From Antedon mediterranea (Eukaryota; Animalia; Echinodermata), in the NCBI RefSeq assembly GCF_964355755.1, contig NC_092675.1, positions 27,996,912 through 28,060,911 on the forward strand: 64,000 bases of DNA, read 5' to 3'. The notes under the pieces were generated by a model. It saw nothing but the letters and a program-made list of their open reading frames with translations, was not told the DNA's origin and searched no databases. Made by a program: the position numbers and the translations under genes. This document shows positions 35,825 through 64,000 of the stretch, piece after piece; position 1 is the first letter of the stretch, and every line of letters starts with the position of its first letter.

Positions 35825-36653
35825 TTTATTTGGTGTTTGAAATTAAACTGGCTGACGTCTTTAGAAAACTAATCATGTGTATTGATATTGATAGCTTGAA
35901 GGTCAATCCCTTCAGTTTTTGAATGGCATATCGACCTGCTTGCCATTTAGGGACAATCTTACAAGATTTAATTTTTTCCATTAACTACAAATTTAAAATA
36001 ATGCAAAAAATCATCCCTTGTCTTATATTAAGGGAAAAACAATGCACTAATCACTATCAAAATCAATACAATTATTTTTTTTTTTAAATAGAAAGTTATT
36101 AGTTTAGTAATTTAAATATAAGATAATGACCTCGTACAGAAAGCTTATTTTATCTAAGAAAACACAACCAAAACAATTATCCGGATTGTAATATTCTAAA
36201 GAAAATGAACTCACCGATCTAAATAGAAAGAAAAGAACTGTATGTATCAAAGACAATCTGCACATCTTAATTTAATTATTTGAAACCATTTAATTTTAAT
36301 AAAAATAAGCTTTATTTAATCAAGATATTAAAATTCATAAATAAAAAAGATAACATTGCAACATTGCACTTAAATACACACAGATGGACAGGACAGACAA
36401 ACCAATTTAACATTTACCCCGGTCACGCTTTGAGGTGCAAGATGGGCCATTCTGACATTTAATTTCTCTCTTAAGGGTAAAGATCACTTTTAGTGCCTGT
36501 CTTTAGTTGGAAGGATTCTAATTAGAGAACAAAGCTACTAAAGAGAACTAAAACATTGAACCTAAAAGTGGTCTTTAATTAGAGAAAGACAGTGTAATAG
36601 TTAATATTTATTGTGATTTTAACTTTTCCCTTCAATATCGAACTCCAGCAATA

Positions 36654-36756
36654 TTTTTAGTCGCCTGCAACGCGACAGCTCACTATGTCGGTCGGTCGGT
36701 TGTTGGTCGGTAAACATTAACTTGACCACGCGACTGCAGCCATGTATGGCCTTGTT
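36654..36756 (-). mobile_element. Short Helentron/DINE-1-like element
   Basis: Reverse-complement relative of 3888-4183 (TTTTTAGTCGC..GCGAC, (GTCG)n, GGCCTTGTT). Confidence 0.5.
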
Positions 36757-37919
36757 CATTTAAGGAAATACAGTCCAGACTAAAGCTTGGTTTAAAGAAA
36801 CTTATTGGCCAATTTGAGAGATGGAATAAACCATAAGAATACATGAAACTGACTCATCCAGAAATATGCTAATATTCATATTTAATACCACATAATGAAA
36901 TATTTTGACAAAAATCCGAGAGCTTTCCGATTTAGGCCTGCTGTACCATAACACGATGGAGTAAGTAAGATTTTATTCTTTACTCTATGAATATACCAAT
37001 TAGCATTCCAAAATTATTGAATTATAATACTCAGATCCCAGTATGTTCAATTCAATAAACTACTTGAAATAATTAATAGGCCTACTGTTGATATAAGTTA
37101 AAAGTAATACAAATAAAACGTAAAAAATATTTTGAAAATATTTGATTATGATAATAATATTCTTGGTAGACACACAACAAAACCGAAGAAGGAATTAGTA
37201 TGTGGTAATTCCATTAAATTCCAGTTTTTTGTTCCAGTCATTTATTTATTCCGACAAACAGTACCGTAGGCCTACTATATATTACTTTATCAGATAGCAT
37301 CTATGCATCTGTGCATTGTAAAGTAAAACAATAAAATAACAACAATTGTTCAGTAATGTTTATTATCTTCAATGTTGATTTGTGAATAATATAAGCTTTA
37401 GTAAAAAATATACAATTATTAATACAAAATAGAATAAAGTAAATTTTATATAAAAAAAATCTATTGGTTGACAAATTTATGATAAATTTAATATTTCATT
37501 TAAAAATGTAACAATGTTCGGACATTATTTTAACAAATTAATAATATAAAGCTAAAAATATGAATATGTTGATCTAGTATTTATTTGTCAAAATTTAAGG
37601 ATGGCAAAATAATCAAACTCATAATACATAAAGAGGGGAAGCACACAATTATTTATAGACATTTCATATTGCATATTTTTTAAGTTTTTAAAATCTATTT
37701 ATAGATGACCCAAAACAGTAAGTCATGAATTTTACATTAAGTATAACAAATGTTTGCCTTTTACTGTATTATATAAATGTTTATTATTTAATTTATATTT
37801 GAATATGGCATTAATCATTTAAAAACATTCAGCAACTACAATCCAAACTATTATAAAAATGCATATAATTGTAAAAAGTGTCACATGTGGCTAAGAAATT
37901 AGCATATGAGAAAGGGTGT

Positions 37920-58216
<20,297 letters not shown>

Positions 58217-58334
58217 TTTGATTAAAGAATGTTTTGTCCAACCAGGATAATTGTTTCACCTCCTTGTGGGTCCAAAAACGATTCCTCTTTTCTCAGTTCA
58301 GCAGTTGTTGTCGTGCAGGTGATGTTTATAACAT

Positions 58335-58422
58335 GACATGTGATCAAATACCATGTGAATATCAGGTGACCGTACCACCACGTGATTGAATTTAGTTGTC
58401 TGTATCTAACCGGAAATGACGA
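58335..58422. promoter_or_regulatory. Cluster of four CLEAR/M-box-like E-boxes plus an ETS site in the divergent promoter
   Basis: CATGTGA 58337, CATGTGA 58352, TCAGGTGAC (E-box at 58363), CACGTGA 58379, CCGGAAATGACG at 58410. These lie 120-200 bp upstream of the cathepsin ATG. Confidence 0.6.
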
Positions 58423-58639
58423 CTTGGAGATGGTAAACATCGATGAAGTGTGACGCTGATGTCGATGATGTAAAAAAATAACCAAAACATACTGAGCTTT
58501 TTAGAAGGTTTTCACCATAAATTTGAATTTTATTTTGCTTTATTTAATTAAGTATCTTATTTTTATGGCCTAGAATATTGTTAGTTGACTGTCACACTTT
58601 TAATTAGGCCTAAAAATCTTAGACTGTAGAGTATTTTTT

Positions 58640-58910
58640 AGCTAGCTAGCTAGCTAGCTTGTACTTTGTAGGCCTCTAGCTAGGCCTTAGTTAGGCTAGG
58701 CTAGCTAGCTAGGCCTAACTTAACTAAGTAAGTAGCTAGGACGTCCTCTAGGATATAAAATGATGATAGCTACTAGCTACTAGAGAGGAGTAGACGGTGT
58801 AGCCAAGTAGAGTGGATGACAAGCTGGGCTAGGCTAATATTTAATAAGCCTACTAATAAGGCCTCCTATTATTAGAGCTAGGCCTACAAATAACTAAAAA
58901 GGCCTATGTC
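58640..58910. repeat. Low-complexity (CTAG)n / TAGGCCTA-rich tract
   Basis: GCTAGCTAGCTAGCTAGC and repeated TAGGCCT. Confidence 0.6.
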
Positions 58911-59339
58911 TATGAACATGGCTGGTGGCTCGTGAATAATATTAATATTATTAAATAACAAACAAATAAACAAACAATAAGTTAAAGCATTATTTAATTA
59001 GATAGCAGGGAAAAATTTCATTTTAAAATTTTGTTTAGCAATTATTGCTAATCAAAAAACTGATTTTTTAGTCGAGAAACATAGTTTTGTATTGTCTTTT
59101 TTGCTACACAATTTTAGAAATGTGTAGCAGCAATAAGGTTGTTTTGTATAGCTTTTTGCTATGCTACACTGGCGAAATTATTCCCTGGATAGTATTATCA
59201 GGGAGTTGTAAAATAAAATTATTAATTAACATTTTATTATCCAAATCTAAAATAAAACACTGTTTGTAAATAGGCCTACAGTATTTACACATTTTATTTC
59301 ATATTTCAGATGTAAATTAAAGAAGCACCACCAATAAGC

Positions 59340-62300
59340 ATGGCAGAAAATGATCTAGACATGTATGGGGTTGATGAAGATCCTGATGCCATGCCACTCC
59401 TACCGATGATGTCAAATAATCTTAATTCCTTTGAAGAAGTCAGGAAAAAACAGCGTACTAGAGGCAGAAACTATTTGCATACAGAGGTCGATGACATCAT
59501 CTATGAACATAGTTATCGTGAGTATGGCGACGACGTTTTGAAGAAAACGTCTGGCCAACAGAAACGCAAGATACAGCTTGTAATTCATGATGTAATATTT
59601 CTTATCTTGGACTTTCTTCAAGTTTATGCGATGATAATGGCGATATCAATACGCTGGACCTGGCCGTATGACTGGTTGTACATTTCACGTTTTGCATTTT
59701 TCTTTAACTTGGACATCTGGGAATTTCTGAAGGTGAATGATGAGAGTATCTTTTATTCCGTTCGAGAAACTTTCATTGCTAGTTCAGAAATACCAATGGA
59801 TTATCGTTATCTTCTTCTTGGGTGGATAATTTTCGTCTTTGTTGGTATTCTTGTCTTTATTACTCTTTACATCTATATGAACTATCAAAAGAACTACAAT
59901 CTGCTTCTACAGATTGCTACAATGCAGAGAATATACATCATTTTATGTCAGGTGATAGCTCTTCCAATTGGTGTTGCAATGGCTAAGATTTATCACTGCA
60001 ATGACGATGGGAATTTAGATGTTCACAACGAAACAGCATGTTACAGTGGAGAGCACTTGGCGTACATTATTGTGTCAGTGGCTATCGCTGTCGGCCTGTA
60101 CATCCTTCTACCAATCTGGATGATTGCCAAGATGCGTACGCAACTATTCAGCAAGAAAGCTGAACGACATGAAGGCTACCTTCAACTGAAAGAATCAGAA
60201 TTTAGTCACTCTCTTGATGCTTTATGGGCGCTTAATCTCTACCACATGTTCTCTTCTTTCAAACGCTTCTGGGCTTATTATCGTCCTGTATTAATGTTCA
60301 TGAAATTTCTCCTTGTGATTTGGTATGCAATATTCCTTACAGAGTTATTGGTGCAAATATGTTTAGTCCTGGCCACCATATTGTTGATCTTTATTTTCAT
60401 GGCCATAAAACGACCTTTCCGTGTGACCTCTTTCAACGTCTATGTGCTATGTAGTTTCTTTACAATGTCTTTATTTGCATTCATGGGTGTGATGCAGAAT
60501 ACAGATAGCAGTACTGCTTTCTTTACGCCGACATACCTCTACGATGAGTTACTGGCTATCTTTGGATTCTGGCTTGGTGTCACAATTCTCTGGGTCATCT
60601 ATGTTGCTCTCCGATACACCAGAATCCTCTGTCCACGACGACCCCTCTGGCCCCAGATGACTACTCGAGGGATGGAGAAACTAAGTGAAGACACACAGAA
60701 ATACATGCGTGCACTCTTAGAAGGTCGAATTGTCCTAGAACATGCACTCTTGATTAATCCACTCTTCAGTCCAGCACACGAAGTCGCCAGACAAATACAG
60801 ATCATCAATGCTTATTGCCGTGAGGCAGAGCTTCTAAATGACCCTATTCATGATGCCCTCTGGGACCTTCTGGATGAATTGATTGAAGCACATTCAAAGA
60901 TTGCTCCGGTGTCCTTGTTTGCAGAATCTGTGAAAGCATCAATTAGAGAGACTTCTCAAGAATTAATGAAGATGATGCCAGAATTCAAACAGCGAATGGC
61001 ACAGCGTGAATATGATTTTATTTTGATAACGCCAATGAAACGAAGGATGCTTCTCAAGATGTACGTTCTTGGTAAGTTACAGAATAATCATATGAAAATT
61101 ATTATTATTTCTTAGACATAGGGTGAGAAAAAACTGTTTCTTTGAACTGATCAACTTGTTTTATGTGTTGGCTACTGCATGTTCTGCAGACTCTCCAATG
61201 TACCAGTCATTAGTATGGAAGTGATCTGAAACCAATGAAAGTGTTTTCAAGTCGGCTTGAACACGATTTTTTATTTCTATAAAATAGGTATCTTTGTGAA
61301 TGGCCGTGTTAATAGAACCCAGCATACTGATGCTGTTCAAAAGTTGTACAACCCAATGGAGTCTTTGGTACTGAAGAGCAGACAAGTTGAAGGTATATTG
61401 ATTTTAATTTACTGTATATATCCTCTATATTCAAACTTTTCCAAGATTTGTGTCATGCTAATTTTGTTTTTGGCAATTTAAATAAAGCAAATTATTCTTA
61501 TTAAGCTCTGTCTACAACTACCTGTATTAAACTTTATGTGACAAAAATGTGATGTGCCCATATATGGACATGATGATGTCATGTCACTACTACAATATTT
61601 CGGCACATCACAACTTTTTGGTCAAACTAGTTTGATAGTGTTGTCAGAGCTTTATACAGTTAAACCCCGTCCTTGGGGACTAATAATTTATTGGTTTTTA
61701 CAGTTTACACTGTAAATTAAATATCCATCCAGTCCAATAGCAGTCATTAAAAGCATGCATGGGGATGAGAGCTGTTATTTGATGCGGTGTGTACCTACTG
61801 TAGGAGCCCGTTCGGACGGAACAAATTTACATGTGTAATGATCGCGTGTGGTGTCAATTTTGAGATAAACTTTCTGTTTCAAAAATCCACCTCATGAGGT
61901 GGATTTTTCAATACACCTTAAACCTCAAGCTGATTAACCGCAAGATAAGGAGCAGTTTGACCTTAATAGTGTAAAGAGATGCATGAAATATGACCGTTTA
62001 CACGTGTAAATTGTTCATTGTCTGAACGATCACTGATTACACATGTGAATTTTAGAAACGGCAAATTATTCTGTTTTAATATACACTAATAAAAATCCTT
62101 ATTTAATAGCTTTGTATAGTCATGTCAGTGTTCAATTAGAAACTGTTGTGTTTTTTTTCAATCTCGACCTTTTGTTCACACTGTGAATGATGTGTTTTGT
62201 GTTTTAACAATTTTTAATATCACGACTACATCATAATCAAATTTAATGTAAATTTAGAAAATGCTTTATAAACTGAAGTCAAGACATGTTACATGCTGAT

Positions 62301-63974
62301 TCAGATGATGCAGACGTAAGAGAAATACAAGCTCATAATGACATGGCATACTGTTTTAATCTTTTTATTTGATATTTCATTTTGAAAAGACATTGTTTTA
62401 TGTTTTGCACTTTCTTATAACACATATGTTATTCTATCAAGGACAATTTCATTATTTTGTACATGATTTCTTGTAAACAATTTGACAATAAATTCAAAAC
62501 AGTTTTTTGTGAATCATAATAAAAGACACAAAAAAACATTATTTAGACAAATGACAGAAAATCATGATACCCCTTTTAGAAATTTTGAGGTACAGTAATA
62601 AAAAAAATAGGCCTAGTGTAATAACAATTTGCAATTTGAAATAACTTGATATTAATACCTAGGACTCACTGCATGGTAAGGAATCGGACTGTGTCCATAA
62701 AATAAAGCAAAAAGGCACGACATCTACTATGACTTCTGATGAGAAATTAAGCTGTTTTGTGACATAAAATGTACATTTTATGCATTGAATGTGTGATATA
62801 GTACAGGTCTGCTGGACAATGGACAGTAAATGATGGACCTGTCTAATTTTCCCAGTACTACAATTCTTCACTGTAATTTTATATACATGTTGTTAAAACT
62901 AATGATGGCCAGTAAAATTTAATTCGGGCCAGTAACAAAAACAGGGGTACCTTAAGGACAATCATATTATTTAAAAGGGTAGAAAATTGGACAAATTTCC
63001 TGAATTTTCCATTAGACTGAGTGTATTATAAAAAAATAGATTTTTAACATTTTCCATTTTTCTAAACTATAGCTTCCAATATGAATTTTATCTATCAGGT
63101 GATGATGGATTCTATGATGATTTTGATGGTGATCAGTTTGAGCTTGGTCCTACAAGTCACAGACTTAATTTAAAACAACAGAAAACATTCCAAGGCATTG
63201 AGGTTATTGATGAAGTTGAAGAGACTGAGCAAAGGAAAAGAGCAAAAACAGCTGAGGTAAGCTAACAAAAACTCATAACTAAGTATTACTCGGTAACTGT
63301 ACTGCTCGGTAAAGAGAATGAATGTGAAGCACTAGTATTAATGTATATCTCTTCTTCAGACTGGATATAATTATAATAATAATAATATTAATAATAACAT
63401 TGCACATTTATAAAGTGCTCTTTACTGGAGTCTCACAATGCCACGGGAAAAGAATAATTATTGAAATAGGGGAGTTTTCAGGAGAGATTTGAATTGAAAG
63501 GGGGAGGGAGTGTAACGGAGGGAACGAGGAAGGTTCCAGATCTCTGGTGCCTGAGCAAAGAAGCCCTTAGGCACAGATTTTAGGTTGGTTCTAGGTTGTG
63601 TTAACATAAGAGGATCCGTTTCAGAACGAAAACTTGTGCGTAATGAGACATGTGGTTCAATAAGTTTGTGAAGATAATTTATTTGGAAAGTTTACTTTTA
63701 AAATAGTTATGTATATAACACTTTGTTGATAAAGGTGCGTCCAAATTAATAACTACAAAGTTAATGCAAAAATAATATGTTGTGTGTAATACACAACATA
63801 AAAGGCAAACAAAAATAAATAATATACTCATGAATAACACTTTTTTGTATTTAATATTTAGAGTGAGTTTTCATCAAGTTTCATTGATGATGAAGCTGAA
63901 CTTGACTACATGATGGCTGGTATCCCAAGTAGACCAGCTACAACTGTGGATGGACGAAGGATGAGTTCTCTTAG
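59340..63974 (+). CDS. Uncharacterised multi-pass membrane protein (~8-9 TM), multi-exon, continues past the window
   Basis: Coding exons 59340-61071 (donor GTAAGT, phase 1), 61288-61392 (phase 1), 63099-63256 (phase 0), 63862-63974 (phase 2), all in frame with AG/GT boundaries. Acceptor at 59308-59309 implies a non-coding first exon. Cys-bracketed loop YHCNDDGNLDVHNETACYSGEH between helices. Confidence 0.88.
61502..61654. mobile_element. Short MITE family copy
   Basis: TAAGCTCTGTCTACA ... TGTTGTCAGAGCTTTA inverted termini. Related to 52050-52166. Confidence 0.6.
63367..63680 (-). mobile_element. 3' fragment of an L2-clade LINE
   Basis: Minus strand encodes PRTNLKS..GFFAQAPEIWNLPRSLR..FKSLLKT.LF, followed by a (TTA)n tail. 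Confidence 0.7.
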
Positions 63975-64000
63975 GTATCTATGGTGTATTCATATATTTT

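Larger units (their letters stand above)
29890..36270 (-). pseudogene. Cathepsin D-like degenerate pseudogene copy B (remnants of exons 9, 7 and 5)
   Basis: ~29890-30023 ([23 protein letters not shown], frameshifted). ~30420-30558 ([20 protein letters not shown], frameshifted). ~36216-36268 (end of exon 5, SFYLDR/GTGAG, internally deleted). Exons 8 and 6 not found. Intron homology at ~30560-31050, ~35825-35940 and ~36110-36360. Confidence 0.82.

Noticed and set aside
58222-58485. 87-aa ORF with PQGGETIILVGQN resembling an IPT/TIG motif
   Set aside because: It overlaps the cathepsin 5' UTR and promoter, has no further domain and no supporting exon structure. Likely chance.
61072-61115. C-terminus of the 591-aa ORF (KLQNNHMKIIIIS)
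   Set aside because: Read-through into an intron. Donor GTAAGT at 61072 joins in frame to the exon at 61288.

Overview
AT-rich eukaryotic genomic DNA with GT-AG spliceosomal introns and many transposon relics. An invertebrate, probably an echinoderm, is inferred, but the species cannot be established from sequence alone. There are three main components. (1) A cluster of five Ig-superfamily type I membrane receptor genes with uninterrupted coding regions on the + strand, in two families: three-Ig-domain family A (770, 6419, 23685) and two-Ig-domain family B (13403, 25554). Family A looks like a paired-receptor set. Two members have short tails and a conserved arginine inside the transmembrane helix. 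The third has a neutral helix and a ~350-aa tail of repeated tyrosine modules, including ITAM-like and ITIM-like motifs. (2) A complete 9-exon cathepsin D-like aspartic protease gene on the - strand (58216 to 37920, 391 aa), plus two partial pseudogene copies interleaved with the Ig genes. The cluster therefore appears to have grown by duplication of an [IgA-IgB-cathepsin 3' half] block. (3) An uncharacterised multi-pass membrane protein gene (59340 to beyond the window end), head-to-head with cathepsin D across a promoter holding a cluster of CLEAR-like E-boxes. Mobile DNA includes a near full-length CR1/L2-group LINE with a 2A-like motif, a tandem array of Helentron-like elements, several MITEs, LINE fragments, tRNA-like sequences and a candidate Penelope-type hammerhead.
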